64,000 nt of DNA from Acidimicrobiales bacterium (GCA_050633745.1 JBOEHD010000029.1:276-64275); one strand, 5' to 3'; shown: positions 28,201 to 36,355, counted from the first letter of the stretch. The notes: generated by a model from the letters alone, not told the origin. Numbers and translations are program-made.

Positions 28201-28327
28201 AATTGACGGAGCGAAGTTTGGTCGCAACTCATCGGACATGGCCAAGATACTTCTGCAACGGCCGGTGATGGTTGCGTACTACGCCTCCGCCCTCCTAAAA
28301 GTTCCTGCCGAAGGCGACCAGACATGA
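25223..28327 (+). CDS. Giant-operon protein 3 (1034 aa), unknown function; contains one HExxH motif
   Basis: GTG 25223 overlaps the upstream stop (GTGA) and GGAGA lies upstream. The N-terminus is MTYRYLPWVRRGLA. SWAWAHAQV lies at 25682-25708 and NHEMNHELLWREYP includes HEMNHE at 27650-27667. No family is recognised. Confidence 0.8.
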   Translation: MTYRYLPWVRRGLAASITNPDTLDDRTAATASFEVATTINNAADPVTTPLRLNGPGDVTGVDTRVITRTDPERFVADFEPNNLATIEFDQPDFPWMFTPAKANAQGRLRPWLVLVVVENHQGVSISVRGDSPLPVLDIGSPAVAADELPNLADSWAWAHAQVITENDNMGEIADEIATGDELNLARLFCPRRLQPNRRYFACLVPAFEVGRIAGTGGTPDPAIDLAPAWDFTNGSRAVSLPVYFHWEFGTSSGGSDFEDLVDRLQARELDESAGTVAMAVNDRLLGAQDDSSTSVLGLEGALRPISTAAQTIADVPQQIQAALRQRLNASSEGLTGGTPEDEPPIGPPIYGAYHAATHEVGQRAGPQWLDQLNLDPRLRVAAALGASVVRDHQEELMDEAWAQVGDVIAANNVLNQAALSEAAAASAFKRNIEPLRDDRLFTVTSPAHRRTADGRGTIRRTTDRSRLPNATTDPAFRRATSPQNRALKRAARRQGSATHDAGSVDEAIVARIDDGSLPLEDFSTVPDGISPTEALQELAIGGAVVDMSPIGGVGSVPSALVQLTMAEARNIGDGAGKDLPLAPRADLFESGLLTDAHIGGVSEALGRNKSQLLARVAETITTLRAGAGDTGIELVIGPEGVFPRPGKLGLDPEPDDSSRTGDDKTVDDTTDDGKSRGKFLPFPDRSQQTTRAFGRALTEFSRAFEGRLSDDEGDRLDLGGLRGDLLRANNPTAVAIRRTKSRVDRGTEEPNEPFDPIMASPQFPTPLHQALADKSRDHFLPGIGDLPPNSFVIVETNNRFVESFLVGANHEMNHELLWREYPTDRRGTPFQHFWNRFDGSPDIDEIHTWNPPQSIGENQLGGLGNQIVLLIRAELLQHYPNTIIYAAPAQPGNFELDTNPSRRVDPTMIGRLDPDVTFVMLPINKEQLLEGAGHYIVFQEQPTELRFGLDSPSSQQPDLAALADWNDLTWGHADTAAGQHLSIGGNQVETVAAIDGAKFGRNSSDMAKILLQRPVMVAYYASALLKVPAEGDQT

Positions 28328-31300
28328 CCGTTACCGGCGAGCCGCCTATCGCTGACAGACCGACCGACGATGACACAGAGTTCGATCCGCGGCTTCTCAT
28401 CGAAGCCATCCCCGCCGAGCCGATCGCCATGTTGCCGGTGCGGATCGAAACCCGATTCGTCAACGATGCGGCCGAACTGCGAATACGGATCTTTCCCGAC
28501 GCGCTCCACATTCACACCCACAACGAAGCCATCAGTCCCGAGGAACATCAGGCTGGAGTGCAATATTGGAACGACCGGCTGAACGGTTCGGCGGATATCG
28601 CCTGGCAGACCCTGCTGCAACGAACCCCGGCACCACGTGCGGCCTGGATCGCTCGATCTTTAACGCCGTCGAACCTCGAGCAGGCCGAAGCGGGGGCTAA
28701 GCCGGAGTTCATGAACCCACCGATTCACCAGGCACCATGGGCCGAGCCGCCCCGCGCCGTCGCCCTACCGGCTCACTGGATCATCGCCGGATATCGAGGA
28801 GGATCCCGGGTCATTCTCAGCGTCGGCAACCCGGTCCCTTCGGAGTTGCCTCTCGGACCGGCCCCCGACCCTTCGACCGACGATGAACCAACAACCCAGG
28901 ATCTGCCGCTGGATGAACAGTCGGACCTGCCGATCGATGAACCTCTGCGATGGATGACCGAGTACGACAGGGCGGTAGAGGTGGGCATGGCCGTAACCGT
29001 CGACGCTGCTTCGGTGCCTGGCGGCTTCGACGGCGGACTGGATCGGCTCATCGCAGTCGGCGTGCCCAGAGGCGACAACGAAACCGTAACCGAGCTGTTG
29101 CAGGCTCACCGCTACTCCGAAGGCCTGACGTTTCTGCGCCAGGGCACACCGACCAACAACACGGCCAACGTGCCGTCGGGCTTCCACTCCGCAGAGGGTG
29201 ACCTTGCCGACTCGCTCGACCCGGCAACGATCGCCGCTGACCCGTCAGCCGAATCCGCAGCGGGCGTCTTAGCAGCAGCGCTGGGTATCAAAGGTCACTC
29301 CCTGGCTGCGGCGTTCGACGCTGATCTGCAGGAGAGCACACATGCAGGCGAGATGAACAGCCTGATGTGGGAGACCACGTGGGGCTACTTCCTCGACAAC
29401 TACCTCGACCCGATCGTCGACGACGACGATGCGGCCGCGATGCGGGAGCACTTCATTCAACACGTCCGAGGCCGGGGACCTCTCCCGGCGATCCGAATCG
29501 GTGATCAACCGTACGGAATTCTCCCCACTATCTCCGGCGCCCATCTCGCTCCAGAAGGCAAGGTCGAGCGAAGCCTGCATCAGATTCTTGGCCAGGTCAC
29601 CGGGCTGTGGGGCCACGCCATCGGGCGATCACCGTTCCTGACCAGGGGCCAGCGGCCATCGGACGACTTGCTGGATGTGCTTGAAAGTACGCCCCACTCG
29701 GTCAACCTCCGAGCCAGGAGCATCGTCGGGCCAGGCCTGGCGGCTAACAGCCGCGACCTAACCCGGTTCGCCGCCCACCAGGAAGCGATGGGCAACTGGA
29801 TCTCCGAGATGGTCTTCAAGGGGCAACGGGTTCGGGGAGCAGCATTTACGGCCAGAGCCGAAAGCCGAAGACTGCGGATGCCGTTCGTGACCACCGCTGA
29901 ACTGAGCGAAACCGACAGCCTCGTATCGAACTACCTCTTCCGGCTGATGGTCATGCTCCGCCGCGGTGGAGCCTTCGCCGCCATTCACGCTGAGAAGGAA
30001 CCGACGGTGCTGAATCTGTTGGCTCGCCAGGCCGCGCAGTTGGAAGTGGCGAAGGCCGCAGCCCGTTTGGTGATCGATCACCAGGTCGCCACCGGGGCAC
30101 TCGGTCGGCGGCCAGCGAAGGCCGCCCCGCTCGAACCGGAATTTGTCGACCTCACGCCAGATGACCCGACCACGCTTATCAACTACGCGCTGAAGCCATA
30201 CTCTCCGATCTCCGGCAACAGCACCATGGTCGATTTCCTGGCCAGCCGGTCGGTCGAGCAGCTCGCCGCGGACCCTCTCACCGCTCAACTGGCGGAGTTC
30301 ATCACCAGTCTCGAGGCCATCGCCAACCTACCAACGGCGGAACTTCAGCGGTTGGTAGGTGAGACTCTCGACCTCTGCTCTCACCGGGTCGATGCCTGGC
30401 ACACCTCGTTGGCAAGCAAGAGGCTGGCGGTGATCCGCTCCGCGAAACCGGAGGCGGTCCACGTGAGCGGCTTCGGCTGGCTGGAGGACATCAGGGTCGA
30501 GAACGAGCCAGACAGTCTGGGCTATGTGCATGGGCCTTCGGTGGCCCAGGCGACAACGGCCGCAATTCTGCGTTCGGGGCACCTTGCCCACAAGCACGAC
30601 GGCGATGACCTGCTGGCCCTCGATTTATCTTCCGAGCGAGTCCGTGACGGACTTGGGCTGTTGGAAGGGGTCAGAGCCGGTCAGTCTCTTGCCGCTCTCC
30701 TCGGCTACCGGTTCGAGCGCTCTCTCCGTGAGCGCAATATAGAGTTAGCCAAGTACATCCTCGACTTCCGACAGATGGCGCCCCTCGTCACCAGCGCGGG
30801 ACCAAATCAAAGCGAGCCGCTTGAAGCGATGGCCGCCAGGGATGTGGTCGACGGGCTCAAACTACTGAGGCTGGCGGAGGCCGACGCTGTGACCGTGGCG
30901 ATCGATCCAAACCATCAGCCGCAGGTCAGCGGGGTGATCGCCGACCTAGCTCGGCTGCTCGATGCTGTCTCCGACCTATTGGTGGCCGAAAGCGTGCACC
31001 AGACGGCCGCTGGAAACGTCGAGCGGGCAGCTGCCGCCCTAGATGCCCTCGATCGCCAGGGGCCACCGCCAGAACTCGAATTCATCAAGACGCCACGATC
31101 CGGCTTTGGCGTCAGCCATCGGCTGCTGGTTTCGCTTGCCGACCAGGCGGTTGTGGATGGCTGGCAGTCGGTTGATGACGTCCGTGCGTCCGCCGATCCT
31201 CGACTGAACGCATGGGTGAGCAGGCTGCTGGGCGACCCGTCGCGTTATCGCTTCGCCGCAGAGGTGGTCGATCTCTCGCCCGATCTTGGTGGCGTAGTCG

Positions 31301-32595
31301 AAGTTGTCGAGACCACTTTGGCACAGGTGGCGATCTCGCCGCTATCGGTCATTTGGTCAGCGGTCGAAGGCGGCGCCGATCAGTTATCGGAACTCGATGA
31401 GCGGATCGCTCATGAGTTGATGGAACAGGTGACCGCCACCGGCGACGAGCTCGAACTTCGTATCCTCGACGGTAATCAGGCCGTCGCAAGCTGGCCGGAC
31501 GACACGATCGGTCTCGCCGGGCTGCACACCATCACCGAGCAGATCAGCTCCATGCTGGCCTCGGCTCGACCAAGCGAACCGGAAGACTTCGTCGACCCGA
31601 ACTCCGATATCGATGGTGTGGTCGATGTGGACGAGCACGCTGAACGTGCATCGGTTGCCATGGCTGCGCTGCATGCCGCCGTGGTTTCGCTTGAACGGTT
31701 GGCTGAAGTGGCTGACCCAGATCTCACAGAGCTGCGCGCTGCGTTACAGACCGCTTCGTCGTTCGGAGTCGGCGGCGTCCTCCCTGGATCAGACGACGAG
31801 CTGGAAGCCAAGTTCGCCGATGCCCAGCGAGTCTTGACCAGGAGGCTGGCCGCGGTGGGCGAAGCGCAGGGGCCGAGCGAAACGCTGGCCGCGGTCTTCG
31901 GCAACGGTTTTGTGAGCCTCCCCACGTTCGCCCTCCCGGCCCAGGCCGAGCTGACAGCTGGACTCGCTGACCGAGCGGCACTGCTCGGCGGCGATCAACT
32001 GGCGGCCACCACGTGGTTGCAGCAGTCGGCGTTGGTCCGACCAGGCACCGCCCAGCTGTCGACGGTGCTGACAACGGCCGAGTTGATCGACGGTGGTACC
32101 GGCCCTACCGCACTCGACGTTGTCCAGCTGCCGCATGAACCAGGGGAACGATGGCTTGGACTTCCACTCGACAATGCACGGCTCCCAGCGGCCAATGTCT
32201 CACTGGTGATCCATGCCCCCGGTGGCTTACAGCCTTCGGTGCCTCAGGCCGGTCTGGTCATCGACGAATGGCACGAGGTCATCCCCAGCCCGACCGAGAC
32301 CACCGGTGTGAGCATGCACTTCGACGCTCCGGGAACCCGAGCGCCACAAACCATTCTGCTGGCGGTGCCGCCCAGCCAGCGGCAAACGACATGGACCCTC
32401 GACCAGTTACTCGACACCGTTGGCGAGACGCTCGACCTAGCCAAGACCAGGGCCGTCGACCCGAGCCGGGTATGGATGATGAATCGGGCGCTACCTGCGA
32501 TCTACCTGGCGGCAAACGCTCGCTTCGAAACAACAACGGTCAACGTCTTCGAGGCTGAGGCCAGCTACCGAAGGTCGGCGGAGGCCCAACAATGA
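28324..32595 (+). CDS. Giant-operon protein 4 (1423 aa), unknown function
   Basis: ATG 28324 overlaps the upstream stop (ATGA). Distinctive segments are MLPVRIETRF (28429-28458), LRIRIFPD, GTPTNNT and IRIGDQPYGILPT. There is no P-loop, signal peptide or TM segment, and no family is recognised. Confidence 0.8.
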   Translation: MTVTGEPPIADRPTDDDTEFDPRLLIEAIPAEPIAMLPVRIETRFVNDAAELRIRIFPDALHIHTHNEAISPEEHQAGVQYWNDRLNGSADIAWQTLLQRTPAPRAAWIARSLTPSNLEQAEAGAKPEFMNPPIHQAPWAEPPRAVALPAHWIIAGYRGGSRVILSVGNPVPSELPLGPAPDPSTDDEPTTQDLPLDEQSDLPIDEPLRWMTEYDRAVEVGMAVTVDAASVPGGFDGGLDRLIAVGVPRGDNETVTELLQAHRYSEGLTFLRQGTPTNNTANVPSGFHSAEGDLADSLDPATIAADPSAESAAGVLAAALGIKGHSLAAAFDADLQESTHAGEMNSLMWETTWGYFLDNYLDPIVDDDDAAAMREHFIQHVRGRGPLPAIRIGDQPYGILPTISGAHLAPEGKVERSLHQILGQVTGLWGHAIGRSPFLTRGQRPSDDLLDVLESTPHSVNLRARSIVGPGLAANSRDLTRFAAHQEAMGNWISEMVFKGQRVRGAAFTARAESRRLRMPFVTTAELSETDSLVSNYLFRLMVMLRRGGAFAAIHAEKEPTVLNLLARQAAQLEVAKAAARLVIDHQVATGALGRRPAKAAPLEPEFVDLTPDDPTTLINYALKPYSPISGNSTMVDFLASRSVEQLAADPLTAQLAEFITSLEAIANLPTAELQRLVGETLDLCSHRVDAWHTSLASKRLAVIRSAKPEAVHVSGFGWLEDIRVENEPDSLGYVHGPSVAQATTAAILRSGHLAHKHDGDDLLALDLSSERVRDGLGLLEGVRAGQSLAALLGYRFERSLRERNIELAKYILDFRQMAPLVTSAGPNQSEPLEAMAARDVVDGLKLLRLAEADAVTVAIDPNHQPQVSGVIADLARLLDAVSDLLVAESVHQTAAGNVERAAAALDALDRQGPPPELEFIKTPRSGFGVSHRLLVSLADQAVVDGWQSVDDVRASADPRLNAWVSRLLGDPSRYRFAAEVVDLSPDLGGVVEVVETTLAQVAISPLSVIWSAVEGGADQLSELDERIAHELMEQVTATGDELELRILDGNQAVASWPDDTIGLAGLHTITEQISSMLASARPSEPEDFVDPNSDIDGVVDVDEHAERASVAMAALHAAVVSLERLAEVADPDLTELRAALQTASSFGVGGVLPGSDDELEAKFADAQRVLTRRLAAVGEAQGPSETLAAVFGNGFVSLPTFALPAQAELTAGLADRAALLGGDQLAATTWLQQSALVRPGTAQLSTVLTTAELIDGGTGPTALDVVQLPHEPGERWLGLPLDNARLPAANVSLVIHAPGGLQPSVPQAGLVIDEWHEVIPSPTETTGVSMHFDAPGTRAPQTILLAVPPSQRQTTWTLDQLLDTVGETLDLAKTRAVDPSRVWMMNRALPAIYLAANARFETTTVNVFEAEASYRRSAEAQQ

Positions 32596-34352
32596 CATCG
32601 ATCACCGGATGGATACGACTCGAACCGCTGCCAAGAACCAGGGACCTTGAGGTTGCGCTGGAGGCCAGAATCGCCGACCCGATGTGGCTGCTGGCCAGAC
32701 AGTGGCAGATCGGCGAGTTTGCGGGCGAGGACGCCGGTTCGCCAATCGTGGCTCAGCTCCAGGCCGACGTCGGACGGATCAGCCGGTTCCATGCCGGTAT
32801 TCCACCGGCCGACGATGGCGTGTCGGGTTCGATCGACTACATCGACAGCGCCACGCCGCTTGAGGTGCTGGTCGAGCGAGAAAACATCCGAGGCCAGCGG
32901 GCCGCGAATCAAAGCATGGGAGTTGAGGCTGGCCTGCACTTCGGTCGCCTGCTCGACGTGGCTGGCCTGGCGAACCTGCGGGCCGCCTATCGAGCCCACT
33001 ATCCAGTCGATGACACCGCAAGTACTAACGGGTTCGATCCCGATGGTGCGGCGACGGCCAATTTGACCAAGGGTCGGGTCATCGACGGCGCTGCGTTGCA
33101 CGCCGATCTTCTCGCTCACCGGGGTAGCGACCCCGAACTCACGTCACTCCCGGCCGAACCGGCCGTGACGGTGACGGTTGAGTTGCTCGACGCGGTCAAC
33201 ACGTGGATGGAATGGTGGGCTGGCTTTGTGAACGAGCCGGGCGAAGCGCCGCCTTCGTGGAAGTCGAATCGGCTCGAATACGGCTTCGCTGTTTCGGCTG
33301 AGATGAGTCCACCCCAGGCTCCGATCGAGCACCCTCATGTCGTGCTCCATGCCGACGAGTATCACGAAGGAGATCTCGACTGGTACTCCTTCAGAGCTGA
33401 AACGCTGCCTCAGCTTGGTCAGCCTGCGGAACCGGCGCCGCCCCGAACCATCACCCGGACCGTGATACCGACACCGGTCGGGTATTCGGGGCAACCGGCG
33501 AATCGTTTCTGGGGTTTTGAAGATGCCAAGGTCAGCTTCGGCGGACTCAATTCGAGCGCCGGAGACGTCGGCCGATTCCTGCTTGCCGAATTCGCCCTAC
33601 TCTACGGAGACGACTGGTTCGTGATCCCGGTCGACCTTCCGGTCGGTTCGGTGTCGGTTATACGATCGCTGACGATCACCGACACGTTCGGAATCGTCAC
33701 CGACGTGCCGTCATCAACCGACCTCGACCCCCGCTGGAGGTTGTTCAGCGTGGCTCAGGGCGAGCCGGCCTACGTGGCGAACACGTTCTTCCTGCCGCCA
33801 ACTCTGGTCTCTCCGGTCAACGGCGATCCGGTCGAGCAGGTAGCGCTGTTCCGCGATGAGATGGCCAACATGGTTTGGGGTGTCGAGCGGCGGATCCAGG
33901 GCGATAGCGGCGCGGTGATCGATCGTTATGAAGAACATCAGCAGCGGCTCGGTTCGCTCCCCCGACAAACCATCGACGGCGACCAGGTCGACGCCGAGGT
34001 GATCTATCGCCTCAGTAGTGAAGTTCCCGACCACTGGATCCCGTTCCTGCCCGTCCCGGTGGAGGACAGCACCAGCCCCTCGCCTGGGATACAGCTCGAT
34101 CGGCGGACCATCGTGCGGTTCGAGTCCGACGGACCTCGGACGATCGAGCCCCGAGGCCAGATCCTGGAACCCGGCACAAAGCTGACGCTTGAGGAAGAAG
34201 AGGTACCCCGAGCCGGCGTGTCGGTCGAGCGTGCCATGCAGATGACCCGGTGGTTCGACGGTAGTCGCCAGGTTTGGATGGGACGCCGCAAGAAAACCGG
34301 CCGTGGTGAAGGTTCGAGCGGTCTCCACTTCGACTTCACCGAGCCGCTATAG
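32592..34352 (+). CDS. Giant-operon protein 5 (586 aa), unknown function
   Basis: ATG 32592 overlaps the upstream stop (ATGA) and GGAGG (32580-32584) lies 7 nt upstream. Distinctive segments are DPMWLLARQWQIGEFAGEDAGSP (32676-32744), DLDWYSF, NRFWGFEDAKVSFGG and LYGDDWFVIPVDLPVGS. No family is recognised. Confidence 0.8.
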   Translation: MTSITGWIRLEPLPRTRDLEVALEARIADPMWLLARQWQIGEFAGEDAGSPIVAQLQADVGRISRFHAGIPPADDGVSGSIDYIDSATPLEVLVERENIRGQRAANQSMGVEAGLHFGRLLDVAGLANLRAAYRAHYPVDDTASTNGFDPDGAATANLTKGRVIDGAALHADLLAHRGSDPELTSLPAEPAVTVTVELLDAVNTWMEWWAGFVNEPGEAPPSWKSNRLEYGFAVSAEMSPPQAPIEHPHVVLHADEYHEGDLDWYSFRAETLPQLGQPAEPAPPRTITRTVIPTPVGYSGQPANRFWGFEDAKVSFGGLNSSAGDVGRFLLAEFALLYGDDWFVIPVDLPVGSVSVIRSLTITDTFGIVTDVPSSTDLDPRWRLFSVAQGEPAYVANTFFLPPTLVSPVNGDPVEQVALFRDEMANMVWGVERRIQGDSGAVIDRYEEHQQRLGSLPRQTIDGDQVDAEVIYRLSSEVPDHWIPFLPVPVEDSTSPSPGIQLDRRTIVRFESDGPRTIEPRGQILEPGTKLTLEEEEVPRAGVSVERAMQMTRWFDGSRQVWMGRRKKTGRGEGSSGLHFDFTEPL

Positions 34353-34374
34353 CAGCAATCGGATAAACCTAGAT

Positions 34375-35025
34375 ATGGCCCATCCCCTGCTGAAGATGTT
34401 TATCGACGCGGCCGACGGGCGTTTCCCGGCTCCCGATGGCGGCGTGACCTTTACCGGGCCGCTGCCGGGCGGAATGCAGGCTGTTGTGGGCTTTACCGGG
34501 CACGCTGTCTTCGCCACCCCGCTTGGAGCCGCTGACTTCGACGATCTGCAGCTCGACGGCTTCGGCGCTTCGTTGCACCCCGAGGTGCTGTTGCGCCTGG
34601 CCGGAGGCGGCACCATATATAGCAACGACGTGACCCTGGTGGCTCGGGGCACGGGACTGGACCCCGCAGCACAGCCGGTGCTGACGGCGAGCGATCGCTG
34701 GGAGGAACACCCCCGGGTTCAATTTGCCCGATCGCAACGCTCCAACGTGCAGGTCTACGGCGACGAAACCGGCTTCGTCACGCTCAGCTCAGGACTGGCG
34801 GAACGCAGAGAGATGGGAGTCGAAATCAACCCGGAGTTTCATGGCTCAGGTACTGGTAGACGGTTCATCGATGGCGCCAGACAGCTCGTCGGCGTCGACG
34901 AATGGTTGTTCGCTGCGGTCGCTCCAGGAAACGCCCGCAGCCTGCGATCGTTTCTATCCCAGGGTTTTGTGCCGATCGCTACCGAGATTCTTATCGGCCG
35001 ACCATCGACGCCCGAAGCGAGCTGA
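34375..35025 (+). CDS. Small GNAT-like (acetyltransferase-fold) protein trailing the giant operon
   Basis: 216 aa from ATG 34375. The C-terminal part HGSGTGRRFIDGA...APGNARSLRSFLSQGFVPI resembles GNAT motif A plus the beta-bulge region. The RBS is weak and there is a 22-nt gap after protein 5. The longer 34303 ORF start overlaps protein 5 and is less likely. Confidence 0.5.
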   Translation: MAHPLLKMFIDAADGRFPAPDGGVTFTGPLPGGMQAVVGFTGHAVFATPLGAADFDDLQLDGFGASLHPEVLLRLAGGGTIYSNDVTLVARGTGLDPAAQPVLTASDRWEEHPRVQFARSQRSNVQVYGDETGFVTLSSGLAERREMGVEINPEFHGSGTGRRFIDGARQLVGVDEWLFAAVAPGNARSLRSFLSQGFVPIATEILIGRPSTPEAS

Positions 35026-36166
35026 GGACCATCTTGTCTGGACCGGCATCGGCCACGTTGTTGCAGCCGTAGCTACCGGGGGTTGCGTCGAACAACAGCG
35101 CTAGACAGCTGCCGTTGGCCCGTTGCCCGTAGGCATTCGGGTGCAGAGACTCCTGCATGTCGCCCTGCGCAATACCGAGAGAGACGAAGCGTGACCACTC
35201 GGCGTTATCCGGACGACCCTGTGCTGTGGTCTTAGAACAGGCTTCACGGCCGTCGAGTGCATCCTGCATGTCGAGGAACTCAATACCTCTGGAGTCCGAC
35301 ACTGCCCGCAGGCCGCTGCTCAACTGTGGCACAAACGAATCGCGAGCCCAGGTGGCATCGGCGTTCCAGAACGGGCAGCGTCCTTTGATCGTGCGAGACA
35401 ATTTTGACTCGCCATAGCGGAACTCGTCGCCGCTTGGAACCGGCGAGGCGTAGCTCTGCAGTACCAGCCGGTAGTCGTCGGTGCCGTACCCGGCCTGGCC
35501 CATGACGGCTCGAATCTCATCGAGCACTAGGCCGACACTGGCCATCGCGTCGTCGATCTCGCTATCGATATTCTGTTGCTGATCTTCGTTGCAGGTTCGG
35601 GGTCGACGTGAGGTGCTGGTCAGATAGTCGATGGCGCAGTCGACGATGATGCTGCCGAAACCCAGGTCGTTCCCCCCGATCGAGACCACGATCATCTCTA
35701 CGTCGTAAGACTGGGCTACCACCGCCAGCTGATCAGCCTGTGACGGCTCTCCGTTTTGGCCGACACCGCCATTTTCGGCCCGTATCAGGTTTTTGGTCGC
35801 CGCGCCGGAACACGCCAGATTGATCAGCCGCTCTACGGCTATCTCGCTTGAGAGCACCGGGGCCACATCCGACCGATGACAGCCGTTGCCGTCGCTAGCG
35901 CTGTATACGAGCGACCGGTCATAGCGCCACCAACCCCGCCGCTTGTACGCCGCTCGATCGGTCCCCCGTCGATCCCCATAGGACCGGGAGCTGTTTCCTT
36001 CCCAGCGGCCAGCCTCACCAGATATGAAGGAGTCGCCCATCGACACCACCGCGTTCGGAGACTCAGATGAGGTGGCGTCAGCGGCGACCGGACCGGCCAT
36101 ACCAACCACCGCTACAAACGCCATGACCACTACAGTTAGCTTCAGCATCCGGTGGTCTGAGTTCAT
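34991..36166 (-). CDS. Secreted SGNH/GDSL-family hydrolase (lipase/esterase-like)
   Basis: A signal-peptide-like segment (MLKLTVVVMAFVAVVGMAGPVAADA) is followed by the block-I motif VVSMGDSFISGEAG, a later GGND-like block (VSIGGNDLGF) and a C-terminal ...ESLHPN block. I chose ATG 36166, preceded by GGGGGA. The 3' end overlaps the GNAT-like gene by 35 nt, convergently. Confidence 0.75.
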   Translation of the reverse strand: MNSDHRMLKLTVVVMAFVAVVGMAGPVAADATSSESPNAVVSMGDSFISGEAGRWEGNSSRSYGDRRGTDRAAYKRRGWWRYDRSLVYSASDGNGCHRSDVAPVLSSEIAVERLINLACSGAATKNLIRAENGGVGQNGEPSQADQLAVVAQSYDVEMIVVSIGGNDLGFGSIIVDCAIDYLTSTSRRPRTCNEDQQQNIDSEIDDAMASVGLVLDEIRAVMGQAGYGTDDYRLVLQSYASPVPSGDEFRYGESKLSRTIKGRCPFWNADATWARDSFVPQLSSGLRAVSDSRGIEFLDMQDALDGREACSKTTAQGRPDNAEWSRFVSLGIAQGDMQESLHPNAYGQRANGSCLALLFDATPGSYGCNNVADAGPDKMVLSSLRASMVGR

Positions 36167-36355
36167 CGGTTCCCCCTGGGAAAGAACAGTCCGAGTCCAT
36201 CCTAGACTCGATCGCCCCACCCGGCAGTGGTCTGATGCCGCACCCACCGCGAGAAACTATCTAGCCTCTTGCCGAAACCACCTGCACTGCCATGACACCG
36301 CAAGATGTATCTGTTAAACTATTTTAGTACTTTTGCGAACCCCAGGAGAGATCTC

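Noticed and set aside
34303-34374. The longer start (34303) for the GNAT-like ORF, overlapping protein 5 by 50 nt.
   Set aside because: The extension (MVKVRAVSTSTSPSRYSSNRINLD) is low-complexity and lies in an alternative frame of a well-supported gene. ATG 34375 is preferred, though its RBS is weak.
19129-35025. Whether the giant operon is a prophage, integrative element, Tc/RHS toxin locus or contractile injection system.
   Set aside because: No integrase, transposase, tRNA attachment site or flanking direct repeats are visible. There is no obvious GC shift by eye. I see no sheath/tube/baseplate-like or YD/RHS repeat sequences, and the protein sizes and motifs do not match Tc toxin components as I recall them. 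It cannot be assigned to those classes from sequence reading alone.
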